DNA of 51,102 bases, filler included, from Jimgerdemannia flammicorona (GCA_003990765.1; 2 parts of 2 records of this genome joined end to end with filler, not necessarily neighbours in it), one strand, 5' to 3'. Counted from the whole stretch's first letter, positions 14,101 through 26,793 are shown. Numbers and translations are program-made. Notes: a model not told the origin generated them from the letters alone.

Positions 14101-15079
14101 CGAACATATATTTGTCTGCGAAGAGTATGCGCGGTGTCAATCTCCACGTTGTCGAAAAAGTGGCGAAATGGATTACAGGAATTATCAAGGTTTGTTTCGG
14201 CAGGATGATATACTCGTGACAATTTGGATTATAAGCGTGATTGCTGGGGAAGGTGGCGTCATACTTGCTCTACATTTTGCAACTCCGGTAAAACATAGCA
14301 TTAATGAAGCCTTAACTTTGGCAGGTCTTCGGCCTGTCTGACGGTGGCCCTGAGATCGGATTCAGTGCCCATGGCCAGTCAGGCACGAATGTAAGTAGAA
14401 TTTCTATCAAAACATATTTGTGATCGTTGTAGCAGCCTTTCAATTTACCACTCCCCCACATCGCTTTCCTGTCAAACAGATTGAAGAGGCAGTCATGCCC
14501 TACTTGCGCACACTGTCAGCCTTCCGCGACAATGTTCGCGACATGGCACGCGAACAGAAACCTCACACCGATTTCTTGAAGCTGAGCGATAAGCTGCGCG
14601 ATGTGGATCTGGTGGATCTTGGAGTGTCTCTGGACGATCAAGAGGGTGCGAATGGCAGTTGAAACTGTTTTTAACATTTCTAGTTATCGTCGTTGTTCAT
14701 TTTCCGAAGTCTTAACGTTCGATCCTAATTAGATGGTAAAGCCCTTGTCAAGCTCGTTCCCCGAGAAGATTTGATAAAAGTACGAGAAGCCAAGCAAGCG
14801 CGCGAGGCTGAAAAGGCCGCCAAAAAGGCTGCTATGCTTGCGGAGCAAGAAGCGAAGCGGGTCGAGAAGCTGGAAAGGGGGCGAGTGGCGCCCGAACAAA
14901 TGTTTTTGTTGCAAACGGCCGAGTTTTCGAAGTTCGACGAGCAGGGCATCCCAACGCATGACTGTGACGGAGCCGAGATCGCGAAGAGCCGACGCAAGAA
15001 GTTACAAAAGGAATGGGAGGTGCAAAAGAAGATACATATGGAGTACCTGGATTGGCAGAGATCTAATGGAGTGGCATAG
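11140..15079 (+). CDS. CARS1: Cysteinyl-tRNA synthetase (class I); ~12 exons; alternative in-frame starts at 11140 and 11248
   Basis: [18 protein letters not shown] (HIGH), [49 protein letters not shown], and a eukaryotic C-terminal extension. GT-AG introns link the fragments. Stop at 15077-15079. Confidence 0.95.
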
Positions 15080-15317
15080 GGAAAGGAGCAAAGGAGCACC
15101 AATGTGAATAATAAATTGAATAAATTGAGAGTAGCACGTGACTGTTGAATCCAGGCCCACTGGATTGTCCACCTGGCCAGCTCCCCTCTCTCTGCCACTT
15201 CTACATTACTGTATTTATATGTCCATGTCAACACCCACACCGCTCGCAAGGGATCTCGACCACCTTTCCCGCACATGGTGAGCATCCAGATCTTTGGGTC
15301 CCCCCCATCTACTTCAA

Positions 15318-16859
15318 ATGGCTGCTGCCACGCAACCTGGCTGTGAAACCACGCCTTCAGAATTGCCGCTCTTCTCACCCCTTCGTTTTATCCTTCTTCG
15401 TACCCTACCCGTCCCGTTCAGGTTTCTCGCCTGCCAGGCGCTCAATACTACCCTCATCACCACCCTCCTCTTCCAAGACGACACTGAACCCTCCACACTA
15501 CCCACGAACGCGTCCTTCCTCCTTCGGCTGACTTTTCCAGCCTCTCGAGTTTGCGCTTGTTTTGACCAATGCATTCCGCTGTACGAGCGCGATTCTCCGC
15601 CACAGCAAGACGCGCTACTTCGCGCTCATGAAGCTCGTCGTGTTTTTGGTGGATCCGACGACCCACCCGAGGTCTATATGACAGGGTTGCAAATCGCGCT
15701 CATGTCCACATGTATAGCGAATGATCCTGTACTAAGGCGCGTGTGGCGGGACCCGGAGCCATATGCGAATAGGTTTAAACGAAGAGAAGAGTTAAAGCAG
15801 GGTAAGAGAGAAGCAGTGGCTGAAATCATTGTGGTGAGTTGCTTGGCGTGTTATCCTCTACGCCTCAAGTACCGCGCACTCTCAAGAACTCCATTTTTCG
15901 TTTGGTTTCTCTCGCCGACCTCGTCCTTGTTTGCTCCCATATCATAATAGGCAACACCTCCGAACCTTATCGATTATCCCTGGGGTTGTAATTCCACCTC
16001 TCTCCACCTTGCATCCTTCTTTGGCGAAACTAGCCTCTGCGTTGCCCTCATCTCCCGCGGTGCCGATGTTAACCGTGTCAATGACCGCGGATTCACCCCC
16101 TTGGACTGTGCATTGGCAACCGGACATACAGAGACGCATTCGATATTAAAAATGTTTGACACTTCAAAGTCCGTACCGAAGCCGGTGGTGATGAAACCGT
16201 CCATGTCTATGCCGACAGCAACGAAAAGGGGATTGGATGCGAAGGAGCATGAAAACCCGGATGCAACGGATAAAAAGGGGGAGGAAGAGCGGGATTACCA
16301 AAGGCAGTGCCGACAAAAGTTAATGGGCACATGTATATGCTCGGGTAAGAACACCATGTTAACGGAGGATTCGGCAGAGGTGGTGGAGATGGATGTTGAT
16401 ACCTCGGAACCTCAAGCCGTACGCTCGGGATCAATTTCAACAACTTGTTCATACTCATCTACAGCATCGGATGAATCCGCCACCAGCTTCACACCAGAGC
16501 ACCGTGCTTTTGGCGAGTCCATTCCGCAAGACGACGAAGACAATGTCTCCCCTTTTGACCGGCTTTTCATTGGGACCATTCACCCTCAAACCTCCATTCC
16601 TTCAAGAATCAACGCCCCTACTAAACCGTCTTCAGTTCCCACCCAAACTGGGGTGGTCCCCACCGTCGAACGAGCATCGATATCGTCTTCGCCGTTGTCA
16701 TCTTGCGGGTCGTTACCGGCTACACCACCAAACGAGCAGGGCCAAGATACAGTCCAAATTGTGGGACAGGCGGTTGCGCGAGTCATTTGTGGGCAGAAAG
16801 AAGACACCGACGAACGAATCGGTGATGGGAATGAGGGTACACGTGTTGTCGAGTCGTAA
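15318..16859 (+). CDS. Ankyrin-repeat protein with low-complexity Ser/Thr/Pro-rich C-terminus; exons ~15318-15833 and 15951-16859
   Basis: Splicing GTGAGT(15834)..ATAG(15950) joins the two ORFs in frame and reveals TSLHLASFFGETSLCVALISRGADVNRVNDRGFTPLDCALATGHTETHSIL, two ankyrin repeats. Start codon uncertain. Confidence 0.75.
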
Positions 16860-17514
16860 AGTTCTGGGTCGTAACTTTGCGCAAATGGAGACGAGTGAGG
16901 ATCGGTTCTAGCTTGGGTCCACAGACATCTTGCAGGGTTTCCGGGAAGAATGATGAGGTGTTTTCGATCGTTGTAGAAACTATCACCAGAGTCTCTCTTC
17001 GTCAGTTGAGAGTTGTCCTTTCCTTTGCCATTGTATTTTCTCTCCACCTGGCCTTATGTGTTTATCTGGGCAGGTGATTTTTCACAAGGTATCATAGCTC
17101 TTCCTCGCTCCGTCATGAAATTGTCCGATTTATTTTCCCCAAGTTACTTTAGACTTGTTTCCTCCTCTTCACCCCTCCAAACACGCACAAATAAACACCC
17201 CAGCTACCTCTATCGTAGTATTTATTTTTATTATCCCATCCTTTGTCCGTTGTGTGTTACTAGGGCTGGCGAACTACTCCTGCACATTGTTTTCTACTCC
17301 TGACTAGAAGACAATGGCTTGATTTCAAGCTATCTATATATCCAAAAATTTGATATATGAACTTTGTTATACACGAAGTTATGAGCAAGAAAAAATACCA
17401 ATTACAAACGTCGCTATCACCATCGCAGTAATCTTTCAGTAGAGCGATTCAAAGTATGTACATGCTCAAACCAGCGATTTACAAAATATTTCCATTGAAC
17501 ACTCCATTAGTATT

Positions 17515-18364
17515 CTAGTTGGATCCCCCCTGTTCTTCTGCATCCCCAAATCTCTCATCCGATACACCATTCGTGTGCCCATTCTCGGCCACCATCTGTT
17601 CAAAGTCGCGTTGGCTCGGCATTTGGAATACGGAATTCAGATGCGCCAATGCAGCCCGACCAACTTCGCTAAGCTCCGCAGGATCACTGGGTGTGTAGGT
17701 GTCGGCGGCAGGGTTATCGTAGTCATACCCGTCGTCATCATCAGCGGCGCCATCGTGTTCGTCTTCGAGCTGGTCTACCATGAATTCCTTATCAGGATGC
17801 AATGCTGCACATTCGGAAAGGGCAATGTAAATGTATTCCACTGGAAAATGAACGAGTTAAGATGTGCAATGATTAAAATGATTAATATGCCCTTCCCTTA
17901 ATCATGGACCTATATCTCTGGCGCGCTGGGCCTTCGATTTAGGAGGAATAATTGAACAGTTACTAACGAAAATAGCGAAGCGGCCGGAATTACATACATG
18001 CACCGGCATCATCGGGAACAAATCGTATCTCAGTCACCTCGTCCTCATCCTCATCCTCGTCATCCCTGCCACCATGACGCTGCTCCACGAGTTTCTCAGT
18101 GCTATCAAGCTGGCAGTATACACATGGCTGCCCCTCCTGGCGGGAAATGGCATGTATAATGATGGACGGGTATGGGATCGCGACGCTGATGGTGGTGCTC
18201 AGGCTGTAGAAGTACAATTGGCTCTCTGCGACAACGAGGTTGCCTTTGCCAGCATCTGAGACACCGCTTAATGGAGGGGTAATTACCATGCGAATATCGC
18301 ATTGTTGGTAGCGGATGGGCTCGCCTTCAAGGGAGGGTGGGGAGTTGAGAAGGGTGAGTGGCAT
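17515..18364 (-). CDS. pICln / Voldacs-domain protein (methylosome subunit, Lot5/CLNS1A family); exons 18364-17998 and 17840-17515
   Basis: IPYPSIIIHAISR, CVYCQLD, acidic loop, EIRFVPDD, IYIALSECAALHPD and terminal RFGDAEE, typical of pICln. GTATGT..CCAG intron restores the frame. Confidence 0.88.
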
Positions 18365-18492
18365 TTGTGAGGATGGACGGTGGCAAACAGACGAAATCTT
18401 AGACAACAAAAAGGAGGAAGAGGATGAACAGTCACGAAGTTTTGTTTGTTGTAATGACGTCGAAAAGACGTCGCTTTGTTTGAAAAGAAACA

Positions 18493-19671
18493 ATGAACTC
18501 CTCCCGTCCTCTCATCGCAACAGACTCTTACAAGCGCTACTCAATCAATGATAATTCTTGTACCGAACACGAGACACCCCTGTCTAGCGACAGCGAAATG
18601 TCGTTGGCCTCCTCAAGAAAACGCCGACGATCTTGTGGCGAATCCGTAAACAACCAATATCAAAGCTTGCACCCTTCGAGACCACACCACATCCGTCTCA
18701 CACGTTCCTCACGGGACTCGCCAACGCGGCTCGGCTCAGAGTCACCCAGACCGTCATCGAAAAACTCACAAATACCTTCACATTCCACCACTCCTGCCAC
18801 ATCTCGGTCAGAGACACAGTCTTCCTCATCGCCCGACGTATCCGATACCGAAGACGAGGGCTTCTCCTCCTTACTAGGCAAGAGATTGGACAGTTCCGAC
18901 GATCAGTCTGACGATTCTGCCATGTATACCCCCACCTGCCCCATCTGTCTGCAACCGTATACTCGACGCGCTTACGTTCAACCATGCTTCCATAGCTTCT
19001 GCTTCATGTGCATTTTGCAATGGATGGAGCTTTCAGGTGGATTATGCCCAATGTGCAAACGAGAATCGGATTTTTTGGCGTATGACGCAGACTTGGACTC
19101 AGGGACGTTTAAGCGATGGTATCTTCAAAAGAACGCGAGCGGTGATCGCCGTGGCGTATCTTTGAACGGCCCGCGATCGTCGCGCTCGCTGGAGTTCGTG
19201 GGTAACTCGAACGAAAATGCGGCAGGCGACGGAGCAAGCAGCAGGGATCTCGCCGTTTTTGCTCGCCGCCGTGCCATTTACATCCAATCCCTACAACCGA
19301 CCACCGCCTACCCTATCTCCCCATTCTTGGCGTACACAACACATCTGACACCAGCGCAACTAGTACGAACTATACCATTCATTCGGCGTGATCTTCAGGC
19401 CATTCTGGGCGCTGGTTACGAGAAGATGATTGAGGAGCACGTGGTGTCAATCTTGATGCAGGAGCATGAGACAAAGGGCAAGAAAACGAGAGAGCAGGTA
19501 GTGGAGATGCTGAGGCCGTGGTTGGATGAGGAAAATGACGGTGAGGATGGGAAGAGGGTGGCGGACAGATTTGTGGACGAAGTGATGGCATTTGTTAGGA
19601 GCGGGATGGACTTGGGGAAATGGGACCGAGTTGTTAAATATGCGCCGATTTGTAGAGACGTGTCGTGTTGA
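18493..19671 (+). CDS. C3HC4 RING-finger E3 ubiquitin ligase (Topors-like), intronless, 392 aa
   Basis: CPIC..PCFHSFCFMCILQW..CPMC; downstream RRRAIY, PFIRRDL and DRFVDEVMAFVRSG..WD resemble the Topors-family conserved block. Confidence 0.85.
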   Translation: MNSSRPLIATDSYKRYSINDNSCTEHETPLSSDSEMSLASSRKRRRSCGESVNNQYQSLHPSRPHHIRLTRSSRDSPTRLGSESPRPSSKNSQIPSHSTTPATSRSETQSSSSPDVSDTEDEGFSSLLGKRLDSSDDQSDDSAMYTPTCPICLQPYTRRAYVQPCFHSFCFMCILQWMELSGGLCPMCKRESDFLAYDADLDSGTFKRWYLQKNASGDRRGVSLNGPRSSRSLEFVGNSNENAAGDGASSRDLAVFARRRAIYIQSLQPTTAYPISPFLAYTTHLTPAQLVRTIPFIRRDLQAILGAGYEKMIEEHVVSILMQEHETKGKKTREQVVEMLRPWLDEENDGEDGKRVADRFVDEVMAFVRSGMDLGKWDRVVKYAPICRDVSC

Positions 19672-20001
19672 AAGGTGTATAATTATTAATCGGGGCGTGG
19701 GATAATAAATTTTTTCATTGATTCAATTGGAAAATGGTTCTTGCTTACAACAGTCTATACTTTGGTGGCTTCAGATATGCACGTGGGGCAAAAACCCTTC
19801 CGACCTCCCGGATCAGCGTGACACCAAGCGGCGGAGGAGGCGTCATAGGTTGAAGCTTTTTTTTTTGTGGGCCATCTGACGCGTTTCACACACAAAGGCC
19901 GAGTAAGGAATTGTCGAAATGTCCCATTCGCTACCGAAATTGCCTGCCATCTTTTGCTCTCCCACAACCCACAACCATATCTTCTCGACCCTACCATCAT
20001 C

Positions 20002-20683
20002 ATGAATTTGTCATGGGCCGCAAGCCCAAATCCTCACCTCCTTTTGACTCTCGTGGCTGTGGTGTGGTACTGTTTCATGATGTTCCTCACCATCCTGGGC
20101 GTCGCCATCAGGTACTTTACTCATCCTTCCACCCTTCGAGGCCAGACCGTAAGAGGTGCTCGCAATGGAATACGATGTAAATCCATGTGCTCTCGCCGTC
20201 CACTCCCCAAGCTGGTTGAATCACAACTGTTAAATGTTGAAGAACTAAACAGTTCGTAGAACACATTCCTCACATTTCGACAAGTCGCCGACTTGCTTGG
20301 CGCGTTACTCGCAACGTGGCGCGCACAACGACGACCGGCAGATGTTCATCGTGCGATACAAGACTCACACTCGTACTGATTTTTCTTCCCTTCGTCCTGT
20401 TTTTTACCCTTCATCGAATACAACCAGCCGAGCTCGTTATACTCGTAAGCCTGCACCCCAGTCCTCACAACTCCCCGTAGATCAAGCACCCCCCGTTTCA
20501 ATTCTGCGCCCGCTCAAAGGCGTGGACAACAACTTGCGCGACAACCTCGAATCGACCTTTACTCAAAACTATCCTCGGTTCGAGATTGTCTTCTCCGTTA
20601 CCAGCGAGACGGACCCGGCGGTGTACATCGTTCGCGAGCTCATGGAGAAGTATCCGGATGTTGAGGCAAGGCTGATTACTGGT

Positions 20684-20732
<49 letters not shown>

Positions 20733-21965
20733 ATAGAGTTGGATGGAGGCCGTGGAAAGGATTCTTGATTTAGTGTATTGCGATCATGTCGGCATGGCGA
20801 CCGTGATTTGCTCACTCTATACGCCCATTTACCTCACAACTAAACGGAATCACATGATACAGAAGAACGTATTGTCGGTTCAAACCCGAAAATCAACAAT
20901 CTTATCCGGTCTTATGAAACTGCCAAGCACGATATTTTGTGGATTTGTGATTCCAATGTTTACGTGGACCGCGGCACCCTTGGTCGATCCGTCGACAAGC
21001 TATCTAAGCCTGGAGTTGGCGTTGTACACCATCTACCCTTGGCCATCCTTCCCGAATCCTACGGTGCCGAGGTCGAGCAAGTTTTTTTGAATACGAACCA
21101 TGCCAAGATGTATCTAGCCATCAATTTTGTCGCCGTTGCCTCCTGCGTCATGGGCAAATCCAATCTGTATCGCCGCTCGGATCTGGATCGTGCAGGCGGT
21201 TTGGCAGCCTTTGGCAAATATATGGCTGAAGACAATCTCATCGCCGAAGCCATATGGAAACAAGGTCTTCGCCACGAGATGACTTGCGACACCGCATGCC
21301 AATCACTGGGCACCATGTCTCCCGAAGACTATTGGCTTCGTCGCTCACGCTGGGTGCGGGTCCGCAAATACGTCGTGACGGCGGCGACCATTGTCGAACC
21401 CTTTACTGAATCAATCGTGTGCGGTCTGATTGGCGCGTACGGCTTCTCACGCTTGTTAGGCCAGCGATCGTTGACCGGCTGGTTTATGCTTGCACACACA
21501 CTCGTCTGGTTTGCATGTGATTACATTCTCTTCACTACCTTCCTCGGCGCGCAATCGCACCAGAAAAAACCGATGCCTGTGTGGCGATTCGCGCGTGCAT
21601 GGATCACTCGTGAGGTCGTCGCATTACCACTCTATGTATTCGCGATGGCGGGGACGAAGATCAAGTGGCGGAACACTTATTATCGAATTCGATTGGATGG
21701 AACAGGTGTTCCGTGCGTTGAGGAGAATGGGAGGTGGACGACGAAGGCGACGACATCGGGAAAACATTCGGCGGACAGATTGAGGCAAATGAGACATCTT
21801 GTGATACACATATTAGGTTGGGCGAATGCTGGAGAAGAGCGGGCACTGTTGGCGGAGGAACCGGAGCATGACCGTGATCAAGATTACTCAGCTCATCAAC
21901 GTCATCAAGTCGCATTAAGTGTTGGAAGTGCAGTAAATGGGGCAGGGGTAGATAAGAGGAAGTGA
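20002..21965 (+). CDS. GCS1: Glucosylceramide synthase (ceramide glucosyltransferase, GT21); exons 20002-20111, 20428-20681, 20863-21965
   Basis: N-terminal TM helix, VSILRPLKGVD, NPKINNL, WICDSN, GKSNLYRR, AEDNLI, RRSRWVRVRK ((Q/R)xxRW), EPFTES, C-terminal TM segments. The spliced frame is continuous. Confidence 0.93.
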
Positions 21966-22439
21966 AAAAAAATGAAACACGACACTTTGTCGCCTAATTC
22001 CCCTAATTTTAGCCATAATCTTTACTGTTTGTCTGAAGGTCATGCGTCCCAAATACCTGGTCAAACCTAACATTGTCATCATACCTCGCTGCGCATCTTT
22101 TTCATAATCAATATAATTTATAAACGACATGTAATTCGCTTCTTTCTCTTTGCACGCATTAAGTTGTAATTCCGATCGAGCTGCATTGAGGAGTCCGATC
22201 ACAATGCGATCATTGTTGAACTTTTAAACAGAGATATCAAGATCCAACCAGCGTTAGACTTTTTTTTTTTTTCCTTTTCCTTTCCCACATCGTCTATTTC
22301 CTATGTCGAGGGAGTTGGTCAACGAAATGAGCATTTCTTTTCCATGGCCCTCACTAAAGTCATCGGGGCTATAAAACGCTGTAGTGATAGTTCTGAGGCC
22401 TACCTTTTGATTTACGGGCATGCACTTCGAATATATTTC

Positions 22440-24280
22440 CTAACTATCCCCATCCCCCCAAATATCACCCCAATTCCCGCTATTCCCGTCTCCACCACCT
22501 TGATCTCCAACATTTTTCCATCCCTTAAAGAATCCCTCTTCTTGTCCTTCATTCACATATGGAGCCTCTGCCCACACCTCCTCGCCTTGCTGCTGTATTT
22601 TCTGGGTCGACGGTCCAGCATCCCCAGCCATTGGGATCCACCCTGCGTCGCCAACGGTTCCGGCACTGGACGCAGCTCCGGCACTGGACGCAGCCCCCTC
22701 AGACGATGTAGTAGTAGAGTCGTGCTGCTCACCACCACTAAACATGCCGATTGGAAAGAAGCCGCCGATGCTATGTGATATTCATTTCGTTCAAAGAATG
22801 TAAATATCGATTATCCACTCGATGTAACCAACGATATTATTCTTTCCTTTCCTTGCCAAACTCTATTCTGTGCCTTAAAATTAAAAGAATTCATACGTGT
22901 GTTGAGAATGCCGCGAGAAATAATCGATGTCGGCCGTTATGGCAAGGGCAAGCGTGACGGCGCGCTTGTCCAGTGTCAGACCACCTTCCACGGCGTCCAT
23001 GCGAACCATGCGAACTACGTACTGGCCCGTGTCAGTAAAAAGCTGTGGAAAATAAAATAAAATAAAAAATGGGCAAGCTTTGTTGTCAATAAACCACCCC
23101 CGATTTTACCGCGCGCCCCAGAAGGAAGCACATACGTACCTCACGCGCCAGCCCTACGAAGTTACGATTGACTTGCCCCAAAAGCCCACCGTGCTCGTCT
23201 TGGAGTCGAAAGTCCCATGCAAGAAAACCTTCATCAATCTTTGCGAATCGCTTCTGCCTGCATTGCATATCGCGGAAGACAATAGAGTGAAGTTCTAGGC
23301 ATGACGACCCGAACCCCTGCGCATACAATTTAGGGACGACGCAATGGCATGCATAATCACTTACATTACAAAAAGATCGTACTTTCTTCGCCACGCGTGC
23401 CAGACCTGCTGAACTTCACCAATCTTCTCGTTCTTTGCCGTGCTAATGAAGATGTGGCTGTTAATGAAAGCAAACGGACGGTTGATCTTGTGTACGATAG
23501 GATGAATATATACAAGGGATGCTTGTTAATGTTGGCCTTATAATAAATTACGGATGATCGATGAGCTTCAACCCAGATTAGACACGTTGATACCTTGAAA
23601 ACTACATTTCCGGCACTGTCTAGAATCGTCGCCTCGAATTTACGGTGAGTACGAAAGAGTTGTCTTAGAACTGTCTTGGACAGGGACTCTTTCTCGGCAA
23701 TATAACCAACGGGATCGCCGCGCTCGTTCACGATGGCATACTTGTTTGCTTGTTCGAAACCCTACATAGAGTTGTTTTGAAGGGTATATGATGAGAAAGA
23801 ACGCATTGGCTTCTAAGTTGAATCCGTGAACCAGCAAAAAATAAAAAAATAAAAGGCTGTAACCGATTTTCAGTGACAGGATTTCACAAACTGTACCAAG
23901 AACACGTTCATCATTTCAATCTGTCTTGTAACGATCAGCGCCTGGTTTACTAGCAGTTGCGTCCCGGGAGAGTCGTAGGTAAGCACACCGCCAGGAGGTG
24001 TGGGAGGCACCACGGTAAGCGTGCTTAAAGATTTATTCAGCTCATTAGTATTAGGGTTGGTGTTTTGGGGTTTTTTAGTGGGGCGATTGTCGTAATTGGA
24101 GGTGGGTGGGGGAGCCGAAGGGGAAGCGGGAATTGGCTTGCGCAGCTTGGGTTCATTGCGTAGGCGAGGACCTATCTGTTTTGGTTTTCTCGAGGAAGCG
24201 AAGGGCCGCAGTAGCGATATGGGTGCGACTGGACGAAGTCGCCCTCGTGTCAGCAGCACGCGAAGGAGGGTGGTGTTCAT
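22440..24280 (-). CDS. AIM25: Phospholipid scramblase family protein (Aim25-like) with Arg-rich mitochondrial-type presequence; 6 exons
   Basis: LIVTRQIEMMNVFL/GFEQANKYAI, RQLFRTHRKF, GEVQQVWHAWRRKYDLF, FLAWDF, RE/LFTDTGQYVVRM, RAVTLALAITADIDYFSRHS. Confidence 0.88.
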
Positions 24281-24510
24281 GGGGAGAGTGAGTGTTGGGC
24301 AAATCAACAGCACGTGGTGTCAAAATGTCCAAATCAGGAGGGCTTTGGTATTTATTACGATATGGAATTCGATATTAACAAGGCAACAACGCCAAGAACA
24401 AACATGCAGTTCAGCTCAAGTCAAGCTCCCCAATTTGTCATTGAGGAATGACGAACACCAATCCCCATCCATAATGAGTGGATAGGTATCCACTACATCA
24501 ACTTAACAAT

Positions 24511-25104
24511 CTAGGAGGAAAAGGAGCTCTCCTCGGGTATCTTGTCCTTAGGATGTTTGGCCTTTATTAGGTTGTACAAGTTCCAATGTCAGAAAGGAAA
24601 GGGCCAGTTAGGATGCAGCGACTCAAGCGCTGGTCACAACGCACATAACATTCCATGGTAAAGCATAAAACGATGAAACCAACCTCCATATGCTGAACCA
24701 GGAGCTTGTAATTCGCCATAGCACCCTACGCATGGAAATGTGTATATCTGTTACAAACATAGTGCAACGAAACGTTTGAACGTACGAGAAAGGTATAATA
24801 GAGAACTCACAAAGCAGCTAGGGCACTTGATCTGAAGACCTGCAGCGCGAGCGGCAAGCTGGGACTTACCGCCAGCATGGGCGGCTGCGAGCTTAGCGGC
24901 CTTCTCCCTGCGTTGTGTCGAGACGGGTGGGTGTGTGTATTTTTGGAAGCACGAAAGGATGAGAGGTTGAAGTACGAGCGAGGTTTACCTGGCTTGGACC
25001 TAACATGTGGGCGAGATAATAAAGAGCAGGTGAGCGCCAGCCACATAGGGGTTGGGGAAAGGGGAAGCAGTATGGATACGGACCTTCTGTTGACCTCGAG
25101 CCAT
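24511..25104 (-). CDS. 73-aa ZNF706 / SERF(4F5)-like C2H2 zinc-finger protein; exons 25104-25084, 24999-24989, 24907-24811, 24725-24684, 24561-24511
   Basis: Manual splicing at GT-AG sites gives MARGQQKVQAREKAAKLAAAHAGGKSQLAARAAGLQIKCPSCFGAMANYKLLVQHMEAKHPKDKIPEESSFSS*, with the MARGQQK start and a CxxC-x12-HxxxxH finger. Confidence 0.88.
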
Positions 25105-25233
25105 TGCGGTGAGTTGTGTACGCTCAAGTCGACAGAGTGGAGAGTGGAGGAGGAAAAGGTTGTCCCACAAACAATTCAAGAGGAATCCGATTTAGGGTGT
25201 TGATATCAGCTGACTTGGACATCAAATTTTATG

Positions 25234-25235
<2 letters not shown>

Positions 25236-25280
<45 letters not shown>

Positions 25281-25492
25281 GGACTCGATGTCCTGCAGAT
25301 TTTTATTGGAAGAGAACCTAGACTATATAGGCCAAAACCCTCCTCCACCATTCATCAAACACTGCCTCTCTATTAATTTAGACTAGCTATTGTCCAGTAA
25401 CTTAACTATATTAGGTATAGTAGGGTCTATATTGACCTGTACCTCATTCTGTGCACCATGCTCTCCCTACCTCCAGGGGAAACTCAGTCATA
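25236..25492 (-). mobile_element. Truncated copy 2 of the 1.17-kb poly(A) element
   Basis: 42-nt poly-T, then sequence homologous to 9-230 and 25611-25825. Interrupted by a second T-run and the gap. Confidence 0.8.
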
Positions 25493-25504
25493 TTTTTTTT
25501 TTTT

Positions 25505-25604
25505 NNNNNNNNNNNNNNNNNNNNNNNNNNNNNNNNNNNNNNNNNNNNTTAATTAATTAANNNNNNNNNNNNNNNNNNNNNNNNNNNNNNNNNNNNNNNN
25601 NNNN
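25505..25604. other. Artificial 100-nt contig spacer (44 N + TTAATTAATTAA + 44 N)
   Basis: Symmetric N runs flank a 12-mer with stops in all six frames. Confidence 0.95.
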
Positions 25605-26793
25605 TTTTTTAATAGACTCAATGCCTCATGGATTTTTATTAGAAGGGAACTTAGACTATATAGGCCAAAACCCTCCCCCACCACCCATCAAGCACTGCCC
25701 CCCCATTAATCTAAGCTAGCTATTGTCCAGCAGCTCAACTATGCTAGACACAGCAGGGCCTATGGTGGCCTACATCTCATTCTGTGCACCATGCTCTCCC
25801 TACTACCAGGGGAAACCCAGCCATACACCAATGACCAAAAGCACATGCCCAAGAACCCAACATATGTATAAGACTATACTTGAGCCAAATAGAATAGCCC
25901 CTGCCACCCCAAAGAGAATGACAGGTAAAGAAAAACTCTCTCATCAAAGCACAACATAGTGGGTAGGGCCTGGTTCTCTCAGTTAAGGTGAGTAAAGGAC
26001 TTACACATGAGGTGAGAGGAGACCCCCAATACTCTACTACTCAAGTCTGCAGGCCTTGATCATGTTGCCATATCAGCTCCCAGTTCTAGTTGAGTATAGC
26101 CAAGATGTCTGAAATAAGTAGCCTCGGGCCCCCCAACCCCCCCTGACAACTGGGGCCCAACCCGCCAAATTTCCAAAAGAAGCTGAGAGTGATACCTACT
26201 ACCTAACTGTGCCGCACCAATCAAAAGGCTCCACCAAAGCAGTACCTGCTCCAGCCCCAATAACTGCCCTCAGCCTGGTACCCTACTGGTTCACTATTAT
26301 TACCCTTTCTCCTATCTGTGATGGCCATCTCCCCTCCCATTCTGACAACACCCAAGAAGCAGTCACCTATGCCAGAACTGTGCTCACTGGGAAGCTCGCC
26401 AAAGCCAGAGAGCTCCACCACAGGCACTGAGGACCTGTGGGTAACCTATACTAAGCACTTGATGCCCAAGGTCAACTGATTTCCTACATAGCCTGAGACA
26501 TACCAAGACAGTACCTTGTAGTAATAGCAAAAGGAAGAAGGTGCTGCACCAAAACAGATGCACTCCAGATGCAGCTGAAGACATCAGAAACTATGAAAAA
26601 GTAGAGAAGACACTGATCTGACACCGATAAAGGGGCAACTCATCACCATTGCCTCCCTCCCACTACCCTGCAACAGGTACAGCAAACCGACCTGAGGTAG
26701 AGGGGGTAATAATTATAGAAAGTGGACTCGGAAGGTTGCCTACCAAACCATTGTGACCAGTAAGATAGCAGAGAAAGAGGCTGTCTATAAGTA
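25605..26793 (-). mobile_element. Copy 3 (best preserved) of the 1.17-kb poly(A) element
   Basis: Colinear with 1-1175 and ends at the same point (CAGAGAAAGA). Retains a few CpGs. Confidence 0.8.

Noticed and set aside
20687..20731. Long poly-T in the GCS intron (also ~13113-13170 in CysRS) as retro-insertion tails
   Set aside because: No adjoining element body or TSD; these are simple homopolymers whose length may be a sequencing artefact.
25505..25604. TTAATTAATTAA palindrome inside an N-run
   Set aside because: Synthetic six-frame-stop contig spacer. It also means adjacency of the left and right halves of the window is not proven.
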